A stretch of DNA of 64,000 nt from an uncultured Actinomycetota bacterium. Its GTDB lineage: Bacteria; Actinomycetota; Actinomycetes; Actinomycetales; Dermatophilaceae. The notes under the pieces are model-generated. The model saw nothing but the letters and a program-made list of their open reading frames with translations. It searched no databases and was not told the origin of the DNA. The position numbers and the translations under genes are program-made. Shown here one piece after another: positions 38,501 to 47,834 of this stretch (position 1 is the first letter of the stretch; each line of letters opens with the position of its first letter). The DNA lies in assembly GCA_963795035.1 (NCBI GenBank), contig CAWCFZ010000003.1, positions 265,075 to 329,074 of the forward strand, read 5' to 3'.

Positions 38501-39339
38501 CCGACGCAGAGCCCGGGGCCACGGAGGCCGACGAGCCTGAGGTCTCGCTCGAGGTCGACGAGAACGACGGAGGCAATGTCGCGGCGCTCGCGTACGACGA
38601 GCAGCCCTGGGTCATCGTCAGCGATGAGGAGGCCCAGTCGCCGTACGGCTGGTTCGTTCCGCCGCCGAACCTGCTCGTCGAGCCCGAGCCCGAGCCCGAG
38701 TCCGAGCCCGAGTCCGAGCCCGAGTCCGAGCCGGAGCCGGAGGTGGCCGAGAAGGCCACCGGCGAGCCGGAGGTCGAACCGGTGGCGCCCGTGGAGGCGA
38801 CTGCTCCGACCTCCGAGCTTCCGGCGATCGTCGGCTCCACGACGCAGACCGACGCCCCGGCGGCCGCGCAGCCTGCCCCCGAGGGGGACGACGGAGACCG
38901 CTACGTCCCCCCGCCGGTCCATCTCTCCTGGCGCGCGTCGGACGCGCTGGACTTCGAGGTGCCCGAGGTCGAGGACCCCGACAAGGACATCCTCATCGAC
39001 CCGCCGACGCAGATGGTGCAGGCCACGAGCCGCCGAGCCGACGCGTCCGAGCGCCGGGCCAGGGCACAGGCCCGCGCAGCGGAGCGCGAGGCGGAGGAGG
39101 CCGAGGCCCGCGCGCAGGCCGAGGCCGACGAAGCCCCTGACGAGCAGGCAAAGGCCCACAAGGGACGCCGAGTGCTCCTGCTGATGATGGTCGTGCTCGT
39201 CGTCGCCGCGGCCGTGTGGTTCTTCCTGCAGCGCAACGGAACCCAGGCCGCAGCCGCCGACCCGCCGTCCGGGATCGCGGCCGTCTCGGTCAGCCAGCCG
39301 GAGACGCAGGTCGGCCTCTTCGTCTCAGCCCACCGGTAG
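38419..39339 (+). CDS. Hypothetical protein. This is the C-terminal ORF, as sequenced, of the repeat gene: acidic repeats, an Arg/Ala/Glu helical stretch and a single C-terminal TM helix.
   Basis: Same reading frame as 36043..37392. Contains an EPEPESEPESEPESEPEPE microsatellite (38680-38742), ERRARAQARAAEREAEEAEARAQAEADE, and the TM helix VLLLMMVVLVVAAAVWFFL. Confidence 0.55.
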   Translation: MPVVDEVEPEPEPMPVVDEVEPEPVLEADAEPGATEADEPEVSLEVDENDGGNVAALAYDEQPWVIVSDEEAQSPYGWFVPPPNLLVEPEPEPESEPESEPESEPEPEVAEKATGEPEVEPVAPVEATAPTSELPAIVGSTTQTDAPAAAQPAPEGDDGDRYVPPPVHLSWRASDALDFEVPEVEDPDKDILIDPPTQMVQATSRRADASERRARAQARAAEREAEEAEARAQAEADEAPDEQAKAHKGRRVLLLMMVVLVVAAAVWFFLQRNGTQAAAADPPSGIAAVSVSQPETQVGLFVSAHR

Positions 39340-40020
39340 CAGGGCGAGCTCGCCGCGGTTGAGCAGTGGCCACGGGTCGAGGTACGACCCGTCCCGGCGT
39401 GCGCCGAGGTGGAGGCAGGCTCGCGCTCCACAGTGCGCCACGGCTCGTCCGGCCGCGAGGCCGACCACCCCGAGGGGTTGGCCCTGCGTGACGAGGTCGC
39501 CCCGGCCGACGGACGGGTCGACCGGCTCGTAGGTGCTGCGCAACCCATCGGCGTGAAGGACGGTGACGGTGCCACGCCCCGCGACCGGGCCGCCGTGCGT
39601 GACCACGCCGTCGGCGACGGCGAGGACGGGGTCACGAACCCGGGTGGCGAGGTCGAGACCGCGGTGACCGGCCGCGTACGGACCCGGTGGCGCGCGGAAG
39701 CGCCGCAGCACCGCCGGGCGCGGCGCGAGGGGCCAGAGCCACGGATGCGTGCGAGGTGCCGAGGAGGGCGCCGCGGCGGCACGGGGGGCCGCCCCGTTCC
39801 GGGCCTGCGCACGGATCCGCCCCCGAAGGGCGGACAGGTCCTCGCCGTCGCGGTCGCGGTCCGGCGCAGCCGCGTCGGACCGTCCACCCTGAGCCGCCGA
39901 CGGACCGCCACCACCGGGGCCGTCGATCCACCCACCACCGGCGCCGACGAACCACCCGCCGGCCGCCAGGACCCCGACAGCCGACGCGGCGACGAGGCGG
40001 GACGTGAGCGAGCTGGACAT
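39325..40020 (-). CDS. M23 family metallopeptidase
   Basis: N-terminal TM/signal segment. HRGLDL (HxxxD) and CLHLGAR (HxH) zinc motifs. The 3' end overlaps the convergent repeat gene by 15 nt. Confidence 0.88.
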   Translation of the reverse strand: MSSSLTSRLVAASAVGVLAAGGWFVGAGGGWIDGPGGGGPSAAQGGRSDAAAPDRDRDGEDLSALRGRIRAQARNGAAPRAAAAPSSAPRTHPWLWPLAPRPAVLRRFRAPPGPYAAGHRGLDLATRVRDPVLAVADGVVTHGGPVAGRGTVTVLHADGLRSTYEPVDPSVGRGDLVTQGQPLGVVGLAAGRAVAHCGARACLHLGARRDGSYLDPWPLLNRGELALLPVG

Positions 40021-40116
40021 GCGAGGAGCCTCGCCCGATGACCGTCCGCGCGACAGGGCACCCGGACTTCTGTGGACGAGCGACGGGGCGCGGCCGGCCT
40101 GTGGACGGCCGACCCG

Positions 40117-41280
40117 TCAGCGCCCCAGCGCCGCCAACCGCCGACACGCCTCGTCCAGGACGTCGTCCTGCTTGCAGAACGCGAAGCGCACGAGGGTGCG
40201 GGCCGCCTCGGCGTCGTCGTGGAACACCGACACCGGGATCGCGACCACCCCCGCCCGCGAGGGCAGCTCATGGCAGAACGCCAGCGCATCCGTCGCGCCG
40301 AGCGGTGCCGCGTCGGCCACGACGAAGTACGTGCCCTGTGGCACCGAGACCTCCATGCCCGCCCCACGAAGCCCCTCGACGAGCCGGTCGCGCTTGGCTT
40401 GGAGCGACGCCGACAGCCCGGCGAACACGGCGTCACCCAAGCCCAGCCCCGTCGCGACCCCGTACTGGAACGGCCCCGACCCCACGTAGGTGACGAACTG
40501 CTTGACGGCCTGGATCGCGGCGACCGCCGGGGCCGGCCCGGACACCCAGCCGACCTTCCATCCCGTCGTGGAGAACGTCTTGCCGGCGGACGAGATCGTC
40601 AGCGTCCGCTCGGCCATCCCCGGCAGGCTCGCGACCGGCACGTGCTCGACGCCGTCGAAGGTGAGGTGCTCGTATACCTCGTCGGTGACGACCCAGGCGT
40701 CGTGCTCGCGCGCCAGGGAGCACACGAGGTCGAGCTCGGCGCGGGTGAACACCTTGCCGGTCGGGTTGTGCGGCGTGTTGAGCAGCACCAGACGGGTGCG
40801 CGAGGAGAACGCCGCCCGCAGCGACGCCTCGTCGACCGCGAAGTCGGGGAAGCGCAGCACCGACGTCCGCCGCACCCCACCGGCGAGCGCGATCGTCGCG
40901 GCGTACGAGTCGTAGTACGGCTCGAACGTCACGACCTCGTCGCCCGGCCGGACGAGGGCGAGCACCGTCGCCGCGATGGCCTCGGTCGCCCCCACCGTGA
41001 CGAGCACCTCGCGGGCCGGGTCGACCGACAGCCCGTAGAACCGCTCCTGGTGTGCGGCCACGGCCTCGAGCAGGGCCGGCACCCCGGCTCCCGGCGGGTA
41101 CTGGTTCAGCCCCGACCGCATCGCCGACACGGCGGCCTCGAGCACCTCTGGGGGACCGTCGGTGTCGGGGAACCCCTGGCCGAGGTTGATCGCCCCGTGC
41201 TCGGCGGCGAGCGCCGACATCGTCGCGAAGATCGTCGTGCCGAACGGCGCGAGGGAGGGGTGACCGGGGGAGGAGGGCAT
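40117..41280 (-). CDS. Class I/II PLP-dependent aminotransferase (DapC / kynurenine-aminotransferase-like)
   Basis: INLGQGFPD, NQYPPGAGVP, NPHNPTGKVF, and the PLP-lysine block SSAGKTFSTTGWKVGW. Confidence 0.85.
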   Translation of the reverse strand: MPSSPGHPSLAPFGTTIFATMSALAAEHGAINLGQGFPDTDGPPEVLEAAVSAMRSGLNQYPPGAGVPALLEAVAAHQERFYGLSVDPAREVLVTVGATEAIAATVLALVRPGDEVVTFEPYYDSYAATIALAGGVRRTSVLRFPDFAVDEASLRAAFSSRTRLVLLNTPHNPTGKVFTRAELDLVCSLAREHDAWVVTDEVYEHLTFDGVEHVPVASLPGMAERTLTISSAGKTFSTTGWKVGWVSGPAPAVAAIQAVKQFVTYVGSGPFQYGVATGLGLGDAVFAGLSASLQAKRDRLVEGLRGAGMEVSVPQGTYFVVADAAPLGATDALAFCHELPSRAGVVAIPVSVFHDDAEAARTLVRFAFCKQDDVLDEACRRLAALGR

Positions 41281-41289
41281 GCCCGCAGG

Positions 41290-42540
41290 CTAATCCGAGT
41301 GCTCGCCGAGGACCTGCGCGTCGGCGTGCGCGATCTTCCCGAGCTGGCGCCAGACGACCGCCAGCGTCAGCGCCGACCCCACGAACGCGAACCAGAACGG
41401 CGCCGTGACCCCCCACCCCGACGCGATGACCCCGCCGAGGCCCTGCCCGATGACCAGGCCGAGGAACAGCCCGACGACGTACACCGACCCGACGCGCCCC
41501 TGGAACTGCGTGGGCACGGCTCGCTGCCGCACCGTCTGCGAGACCGTGCCCCAGACGAAGGCGTAGGCGCCGAACACCACCATCGTGGCGAGCGCCAGCA
41601 CCCCGTTTGTCGTCAGCGCCAGGGCCAGGTGGGTGAGGACCTCGAGGACGAGGCACCCGCGCATGATCGTCGCGAGGGGGACGCGCCGCTCGAGCACGTC
41701 GTAGAAGCTCGTGCTCACCAGCCCACCCACGGCGCCGGCCGTGGTGAGCAGGCCGAACCCCACCTCGCCCATCCCGAGCCGGTCCTGGCTCCACAGGACG
41801 AGCACCGACCAGGCGGCGCCCCACGTGATGTTGAACGCGAGGATGACGAGCGCGAGGGTGCGCACGGGCGGGTGGGCGGCGATCCAGCGCAGGCCGTCGA
41901 CGATGTCGCGGCGCACGTGGGTGCCCTCGAGGTCGCGGACCCCGCCCTTCGGTGTGGCGATCCGGGCCACGAGCACCGCCCCCAGCACGACGCACACGAC
42001 CTGCACCGCGAACGGCCAGATCGCGCCCACCGCGAAGAGGAACGCGCCCACGGGCGGCCCGACGAGCTGGTTGGTCGTGAGGAAGCCCGCCTGGAGCCGG
42101 GCGTTGCCGACGCCGAGGTCGGCCCGGTCCACGAGCATCGGCAGCAGGGTGCCGCTCGCGGTGTCCGCGAAGACCTCGGCGACGCCGTAGAGGAACATCG
42201 CGACGAGGACGACCGTGACGTCGACCCAGCCGGCGACGATGGCCAGGCAGAGGACGCCGACGACGACGGCGCGCATGAGGTCGGCGACGACGACGAGCAT
42301 CCGCCGGTCGAGCCGGTCGGCCACGGCGCCTGCCCACAGCCCGAGCAGGAGCCACGGCAGGCGCTGGAGGAGGGCCGCGAGGGCGACGAGGAAGGGTTCG
42401 CGCGTCTGGGAGGCGACGAGGAGCGGCCCGGCGGCCAGCGCGATCCCGTCCCCGAGGTTGGAGGTCCACGACGACGCCACCAGCCAGCGGAACGACCGCC
42501 CCAGCCGCGGCGGCACGACGACGTCGAGGATCCGGCCCAC
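41290..42540 (-). CDS. MFS transporter
   Basis: 416 aa with about 12 hydrophobic segments. Conserved loop GAVADRLDRR. Lies 9 nt upstream of the aminotransferase gene. Confidence 0.8.
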   Translation of the reverse strand: MGRILDVVVPPRLGRSFRWLVASSWTSNLGDGIALAAGPLLVASQTREPFLVALAALLQRLPWLLLGLWAGAVADRLDRRMLVVVADLMRAVVVGVLCLAIVAGWVDVTVVLVAMFLYGVAEVFADTASGTLLPMLVDRADLGVGNARLQAGFLTTNQLVGPPVGAFLFAVGAIWPFAVQVVCVVLGAVLVARIATPKGGVRDLEGTHVRRDIVDGLRWIAAHPPVRTLALVILAFNITWGAAWSVLVLWSQDRLGMGEVGFGLLTTAGAVGGLVSTSFYDVLERRVPLATIMRGCLVLEVLTHLALALTTNGVLALATMVVFGAYAFVWGTVSQTVRQRAVPTQFQGRVGSVYVVGLFLGLVIGQGLGGVIASGWGVTAPFWFAFVGSALTLAVVWRQLGKIAHADAQVLGEHSD

Positions 42541-42898
42541 GAGAGCGAGAGGCTACCCCCGCGCGCACCCCCGCGCGCCCACCGGTTCCCGGCCCGCCGT
42601 GGGGTCGCTGGGGCCGGTGAGGGACGGCGTGGGCGAGCACGGCCGATTTCCGCTCAAGGCTCCTCGCGACGTACGATGACCGACGGCCTGCGTGCACCCG
42701 CACGTGAGCCGAAATTCGCGCGTCACTCTCCTGCGACGAGGTCTCCTCCGAGCCGGGGCGCACCACGGCAGTGACGGAACGGGTCGACCTCGTCGGCCGG
42801 ATCCGTCCGGGGTGCGTCATGACGCCAGGCAGGTGGTCCGGCCGAGCGCCGAGAGCCACCGACGGAACTGACAACCTCTACGTACAAGGAGAACGACG

Positions 42899-44041
42899 AT
42901 GGCCGTCGTCACCATGCGCCAGCTCCTCGAGAGCGGCGTCCACTTCGGGCACCAGACCCGACGCTGGAACCCCAAGATGAAGCGCTTCATCATGACCGAG
43001 CGCAACGGCATCTACATCATCGACCTGCAGCAGTCGGTGACCTACATCAACAACGCCTTCGAGTTCGTCAAGGAGACGGTCGCCCACGGCGGCACCATCC
43101 TCTTCGTCGGCACCAAGCGTCAGGCGCAGGAGCCCATCGCCGAGCAGGCGACGCGGGTCGGGATGCCGTACGTCAACCACCGCTGGCTCGGTGGCATGCT
43201 CACCAACTTCCAGACGATCTCCAAGCGGCTCACCCGCCTCAAGGAGCTCGAGGAGCTCGACTTCGACGACGTGGCCGGTTCCGGCTTCACGAAGAAGGAG
43301 CTGCTCATCTTCAAGCGCGAGCGGGACAAGCTCGAGAAGACCCTGGGCGGCATCCGCACCATGGGCCGCGTCCCCTCCGCCGTGTGGATCGTCGACACGA
43401 AGAAGGAGCACCTCGCCGTCGACGAGGCCCGCAAGCTCGGGCTCCCCGTCATCGCGATCCTCGACACCAACTGCGACCCCGACGAGGTCGACTACAAGAT
43501 CCCGGGCAACGACGACGCCATCCGCTCGGTCACCCTGCTGACCCGCGTCATCGCGGACGCTGTCGCCGAGGGCCTCATGGCCCGCGCCGGTGGCCCCGCC
43601 GCCGGTGACGACGTCGTCGCGGGCGACGAGCCGCTGGCCGAGTGGGAGCGCGAGCTCCTCGGTGGAGACGCCGCGAAGTCCGCCGACGAGGTCGCCCCGG
43701 ACGCCGGCGAGACCGCCACCGCCGACGTCGAGGCCGTGCAGGCTCCCGCCGAGGCCGAGGCCGAGACCGAGGCCGTGGAGGCTCCTGCCGCTGAGGTCGA
43801 GGCCGCCGAGGCTCCTGCCGCTGAGGTGGAGGCCGTGGAGGCTCCTGCCGCTGAGGTCGAGGCCGCCGAGGCTCCCGCCGCTGAGGTGGAGGCCGCCGAG
43901 GCTCCCGCCGCTGAGGTGGAGGCTCCTGCCGCTGAGGTCGAGGCCGCCGAGGCTCCCGCCGCTGAGGTGGAGGCCGTGGAGGCTCCTGCCGCTGAGGTCG
44001 AGGCCGCCGAGGCCGACGCCGAGCCGGCCGCGAAGGCCTGA
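42899..44041 (+). CDS. rpsB: 30S ribosomal protein S2 with about 100-aa acidic tandem-repeat C-terminal extension
   Basis: [27 protein letters not shown]. Preceded by AAGGAGAA. The tail is (EA[AV]EAPAAEV)n. Confidence 0.95.
   Translation: MAVVTMRQLLESGVHFGHQTRRWNPKMKRFIMTERNGIYIIDLQQSVTYINNAFEFVKETVAHGGTILFVGTKRQAQEPIAEQATRVGMPYVNHRWLGGMLTNFQTISKRLTRLKELEELDFDDVAGSGFTKKELLIFKRERDKLEKTLGGIRTMGRVPSAVWIVDTKKEHLAVDEARKLGLPVIAILDTNCDPDEVDYKIPGNDDAIRSVTLLTRVIADAVAEGLMARAGGPAAGDDVVAGDEPLAEWERELLGGDAAKSADEVAPDAGETATADVEAVQAPAEAEAETEAVEAPAAEVEAAEAPAAEVEAVEAPAAEVEAAEAPAAEVEAAEAPAAEVEAPAAEVEAAEAPAAEVEAVEAPAAEVEAAEADAEPAAKA
43769..44010 (+). repeat. About eight tandem 30-bp units (one 21-bp) GAGGCCG(T/C)(G/C)GAGGCTCC(T/C)GCCGCTGAGGT(C/G) inside the rpsB 3' region
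   Basis: Read directly. In frame; encodes [10 protein letters not shown] / [10 protein letters not shown]. Confidence 0.9.
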
Positions 44042-44088
44042 CCCACCCGTCACCGTCCGACCGCTACCAGAAAGAGCGAACACCACTC

Positions 44089-44919
44089 ATGGCGAACTAC
44101 ACCGCCGCTGACATCAAGGCGCTCCGCGAGAAGACCGCCGCCGGCATGATGGACGTCAAGAAGGCCCTCGACGAGGCCGATGGCGACATGGGCAAGGCGG
44201 AGGAGATCCTGCGGGTCAAGGGCCTCAAGGGCGTGACCAAGCGTGAGGGCCGCACGGCCTCCAACGGCCTGGTCACCGCGGCCGCGGCCGCCGGCGAGGG
44301 CACCCTCGTCGAGGTCCTGTGCGAGACCGACTTCGTCGCCAAGGGCGAGCGCTTCGGCGCCCTGGCCGACCAGGTCCTCGCGCAGGCCGTGGCCGTCAAG
44401 GCCGTCGACGCCGACGCCCTGCTCGACTCCACGTTCTCCGACGGCAAGTCCGTCAAGGACCTGCTCGACGAGGCCAACGCGACCATCGGCGAGAAGATCG
44501 AGGTCAAGCGCGTGGCCCGGCTCGAGGGCGAGCACGTCGTGTCCTACCTGCACCGCACGAGCCCCGACCTGCCCGCGCAGATCGGTGTCCTCGTCGCGAC
44601 CGCCGGTGGCGACGAGCAGACCGCCCGCGATGTCGCGATGCACATCGCGGCCTTCAGCCCGAGCGTGCTCTCCCGTGAGGAGATCGACGCCGAGACGGTC
44701 GAGAACGAGCGTCGCGTCGCCGAGGCCACCGCGAAGGAGGAGGGCAAGCCCGAGGCCGCCCTTCCCCGGATCGTCGAGGGTCGCGTCAACGGCTTCTTCA
44801 AGGAGAACGTCCTGCTCGAGCAGCCGTTCGCCAAGGACGCCAAGAAGACCGTCGCCAAGGTCCTCGAGGAGGCCGGGGCCACGGCCGGCGGCTTCGCCCG
44901 CTTCCGCGTCGGGTCCTGA
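44089..44919 (+). CDS. tsf: Translation elongation factor Ts
   Basis: MANYTAADIKALREKTAAGMMDVKKAL. 276 aa. Confidence 0.96.
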   Translation: MANYTAADIKALREKTAAGMMDVKKALDEADGDMGKAEEILRVKGLKGVTKREGRTASNGLVTAAAAAGEGTLVEVLCETDFVAKGERFGALADQVLAQAVAVKAVDADALLDSTFSDGKSVKDLLDEANATIGEKIEVKRVARLEGEHVVSYLHRTSPDLPAQIGVLVATAGGDEQTARDVAMHIAAFSPSVLSREEIDAETVENERRVAEATAKEEGKPEAALPRIVEGRVNGFFKENVLLEQPFAKDAKKTVAKVLEEAGATAGGFARFRVGS

Positions 44920-44942
44920 CCCGTCGCGCCTGGGGCGCACCC

Positions 44943-44982
44943 CACGGATGCCGTCCGCCCACCAGGGCGGGCGGCATCCGTG
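44943..44982 (+). terminator. Hairpin downstream of tsf (18-bp stem with one mismatch, 4-nt loop)
   Basis: CACGGATGCCGTCCGCCC-ACCA-GGGCGGGCGGCATCCGTG, 24 nt after the tsf stop. No clear T-tract. Confidence 0.5.
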
Positions 44983-45027
44983 CGTCGCACCGCGGTCCGG
45001 CGCATACTGGGCGAGGAGGTGGTCGAC

Positions 45028-45219
45028 ATGGCGACGAGCCCCGCCGAGGGCATGCAGCACCAGGAGCACGCTGACGACCTCGAGGACAGGGTGCACGTCG
45101 ACGTGCCCCGGGTGCGGCCCGAGGACATGGTGACCTCGCAGCAGGTCACCCCGCCGCCGGACCCGCGAGGCGGCCGCGACACCGAGCAGGACTTCGTCCT
45201 GCGCCACGCCGGGTTCTGA
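45028..45219 (+). CDS. Small hypothetical acidic protein (63 aa)
   Basis: ATG 45028 preceded by GAGGAGG at 8 nt. Strong G/C third-position bias. No recognisable motif. Confidence 0.45.
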   Translation: MATSPAEGMQHQEHADDLEDRVHVDVPRVRPEDMVTSQQVTPPPDPRGGRDTEQDFVLRHAGF

Positions 45220-45317
45220 CCCACCGCGCACTGCGCTCCAGGGCGCGTCACGGTTCGGCCCGCGGTGCCTGCGTGTGACAGGATCGGTCGACCGCTGAGC
45301 ACCCACGAGGAGGCCCT

Positions 45318-46091
45318 GTGACCACGCATGCCCTGACCGAGGCCGCCCCATCCGCCAGCCCGGCCCCGCTCGAGCACCCCGGCCGTCCGCGCCGCGTCCT
45401 GCTCAAGCTCTCCGGCGAGGTCTTCGGCGGCGGACGCGTGGGTGTCGACCCCGACGTCGTGCGCGCCATCGCCCGACAGATCGCCGACGCCGTGCGCGAG
45501 GGCATCGAGGTCGCCGTCGTGGTCGGCGGTGGGAACTTCTTCCGCGGGGCCGAGCTGCAGCAGAAGGGGATGGACCGCTCGCGGGCCGACTACATCGGCA
45601 TGCTCGGCACCGTGATGAACTGCCTCGCCCTCCAGGACTTCCTGGAGAAGGAGGGCATCGACACCCGCGTGCAGACCGCGATCACCATGGGCCAGGTCGC
45701 CGAGCCCTACATCCCGCGCCGGGCGATCCGCCACCTCGAGAAGGGCCGGGTCGTCATCTTCGGCGCCGGCGCCGGCATGCCCTACTTCTCCACCGACACC
45801 GTGAGCGCCCAGCGCGCCCTGGAGTGCAAGTGCGACGCGGTCCTCATGAGCAAGAACGGGGTCGACGGGGTCTACGACGCCGACCCCCGGACCAACCCCG
45901 ACGCGCGCAAGCTCGACCAGGTCACCTTCGAGGACGCGCTGCGCAGCGGCCTGAAGGTCGTCGACGCGGCGGCCTTCAGCCTGTGCATGGAGAACCGGCT
46001 GCCGATGGTGGTCTTCGGCATGGAGGGCGACGGCAACATCACCCGCGCCCTGCGTGGTGAGCCGATCGGGACCCTCGTCTCCGCCGGCTGA
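45318..46091 (+). CDS. pyrH: UMP kinase
   Basis: [31 protein letters not shown]. Confidence 0.95.
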   Translation: MTTHALTEAAPSASPAPLEHPGRPRRVLLKLSGEVFGGGRVGVDPDVVRAIARQIADAVREGIEVAVVVGGGNFFRGAELQQKGMDRSRADYIGMLGTVMNCLALQDFLEKEGIDTRVQTAITMGQVAEPYIPRRAIRHLEKGRVVIFGAGAGMPYFSTDTVSAQRALECKCDAVLMSKNGVDGVYDADPRTNPDARKLDQVTFEDALRSGLKVVDAAAFSLCMENRLPMVVFGMEGDGNITRALRGEPIGTLVSAG

Positions 46092-46211
46092 CCCACCCGA
46101 CGACCGCCGCCCCGGCCGCCCCCGCGAGGGTCCCCGCCCTGGCCCGTCCCTGACACACTGGACCCCGACCCGCCGCGCGCGCCGCGTGGCAGACCGAAGG
46201 AGAACGCCCCG

Positions 46212-46769
46212 ATGATCGACGAGACCTTGTTCGAGGCCGAGGAGAAGATGGAGAAGACCGTCGAGGCCGCCAAGGAGTCCTTCGGCGGCATCCGCACGGG
46301 TCGCGCCCACCCCGGCATGTTCCAGAAGGTCCTCGTCGACTACTACGGCGCCCCCACCCCGCTCCAGCAGCTCGCGTCCTTCCAGACGCCCGAGGCGCGC
46401 ACCATCATCATCAGCCCCTTCGACAAGGGCTCGATGCACGCCATCGAGAAGGCGATCCAGCAGGCCGACCTCGGCGTCAACCCCAGCAACGACGGCACCA
46501 TCATCCGCTGCGTCATGCCCGTGCTCACCGAGGAGCGGCGTCGCGAGTACGTGAAGATGGCGCACTCCCTCGCCGAGGACGCCAAGGTGTCGGTGCGCAA
46601 CGTGCGCAGGCAGGCCAAGACCGTCCTGGAGAAGCTCGTCAAGGACGGCGACGTCGGCGAGGACGAGGGCTCGCGCGCCGAGAAGGAGCTCGAGTCCGTC
46701 ACCAAGCGCCACGTCGACCAGATCGAGGACCTGCTCAAGCACAAGGAGGCCGAGCTCCTCGAGGTCTGA
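46212..46769 (+). CDS. frr: Ribosome recycling factor
   Basis: 185 aa, [32 protein letters not shown]. Confidence 0.96.
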   Translation: MIDETLFEAEEKMEKTVEAAKESFGGIRTGRAHPGMFQKVLVDYYGAPTPLQQLASFQTPEARTIIISPFDKGSMHAIEKAIQQADLGVNPSNDGTIIRCVMPVLTEERRREYVKMAHSLAEDAKVSVRNVRRQAKTVLEKLVKDGDVGEDEGSRAEKELESVTKRHVDQIEDLLKHKEAELLEV

Positions 46770-46789
46770 CCCCGAGCGCCCGACCCCTC

Positions 46790-47773
46790 ATGACCGACCA
46801 CAACGACGTCCCCGACGCCACCGACGCCACCGATGCCGTCGACACCCTGGACACCGCCGAGCCCGCCGAGCCCGACGACGCCGCGGACCCGCAGCCCGGC
46901 CCCGACGTGACACCGGACGGCGAGGCCCCCGAGACGACCCAGGCCCCGGCGCCCGCCCGCGCCTCGCGCGCCGGCCGGGACCTGCGCGCCGCCATCGGGG
47001 TGGGGCTGCTCCTGGCCGGCGTCGTCATCGGGACGCTCGTCGTCGACGCCCGGGCCTTCCTCGCGGTCGTCGTCGTCGCCGTCACCTACGGGGCCTGGGA
47101 GCTGCGGCGCGCCGTGGCGACCAAGGGCATCAACGTCCCCCTCGTCCCCCTCGTCCTGGGCTCGGTGGGGATGCTCGTCTCGGCCTACCTGCGCGGTGGC
47201 GAGGCGCTCGTCGTCACCCTCGGCCTCACCGTGGTGGGCCTGCTCGTCTGGCGGGTCGCCGACGGCATCGCCGGTGCCGCGCGCGACCTCGGCGCCGCCA
47301 CCCTCATCGTGTTCTACCCGGTCTTCCTCGGGGGCTTCGCCTCGATGATGCTCGCAGCCCCGGACGGCCGGCAGCGGATCATCGTCTTCGTCCTCGTCAC
47401 CGTCTTCTCCGACATCGGTGGCTACGCCGTGGGCGTCAAGCTCGGCAAGCACCCGATGGCGCCCTCGCTCAGCCCGAAGAAGTCGTGGGAGGGCTTCGCC
47501 GGCTCCGTCGTCACGTGCGCGGTCGTCGGCGCCGTGAGCCTGCCGCTGCTCCTCGGCGGCCTGTGGTGGACCGGTGCCGTCCTCGGTGCCGTCGCCGCCG
47601 CCGCCGCGACCCTCGGCGACCTCATCGAGAGCAGCGTCAAGCGCGACCTCGGCATCAAGGACATGGGCACGCTGCTGCCCGGGCACGGTGGCCTCATGGA
47701 CCGCCTGGACTCGCTCGTCGTCGTGGCACCCGTCGCCTGGGCGCTGCTCATCTGGTTCGTGCCGCTCGGCTGA
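46790..47773 (+). CDS. cdsA: Phosphatidate cytidylyltransferase
   Basis: Signature SSVKRDLGIKDMGTLLPGHGGLMDRLDS. Acidic N-terminal extension. Confidence 0.9.
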   Translation: MTDHNDVPDATDATDAVDTLDTAEPAEPDDAADPQPGPDVTPDGEAPETTQAPAPARASRAGRDLRAAIGVGLLLAGVVIGTLVVDARAFLAVVVVAVTYGAWELRRAVATKGINVPLVPLVLGSVGMLVSAYLRGGEALVVTLGLTVVGLLVWRVADGIAGAARDLGAATLIVFYPVFLGGFASMMLAAPDGRQRIIVFVLVTVFSDIGGYAVGVKLGKHPMAPSLSPKKSWEGFAGSVVTCAVVGAVSLPLLLGGLWWTGAVLGAVAAAAATLGDLIESSVKRDLGIKDMGTLLPGHGGLMDRLDSLVVVAPVAWALLIWFVPLG

Positions 47774-47834
47774 GCGAGCGGCACGAACCAGGCGTGAGGG
47801 GCGCCGCGGCGCCCGGTGGTGACCGCGGTGGGGG

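Noticed and set aside
36013-39159. 1048-aa and 866-aa minus-strand ORFs (Gly/Ser/Leu/Arg- or GSGSASSTT-rich) running uninterrupted through the whole repeat tract
   Set aside because: The GAG/CCC/GCC repeat composition cannot generate stops on the opposite strand, so openness is uninformative. Outside the repeats these frames read as typical antisense noise. The plus-strand ends, by contrast, have protein-like features (a TM anchor, a charged helix) and translational overlap with xerC.
40072-42874. 900-aa plus-strand and 813-aa minus-strand (other frame) ORFs over the aminotransferase and MFS genes
   Set aside because: Arg/Pro/Gly-rich out-of-frame artefacts. The real genes show a PLP-lysine motif and 12-TM topology.
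42541-42898. 358-bp region upstream of rpsB as a hidden RNA gene or ORF (for example ORF 42771..42980)
   Set aside because: That ORF overlaps rpsB out of frame and has no signals. I could not recognise any known RNA family. A TACGAT -10 at 42671-42676 would simply give a long rpsB leader, which is noted but not supported further.
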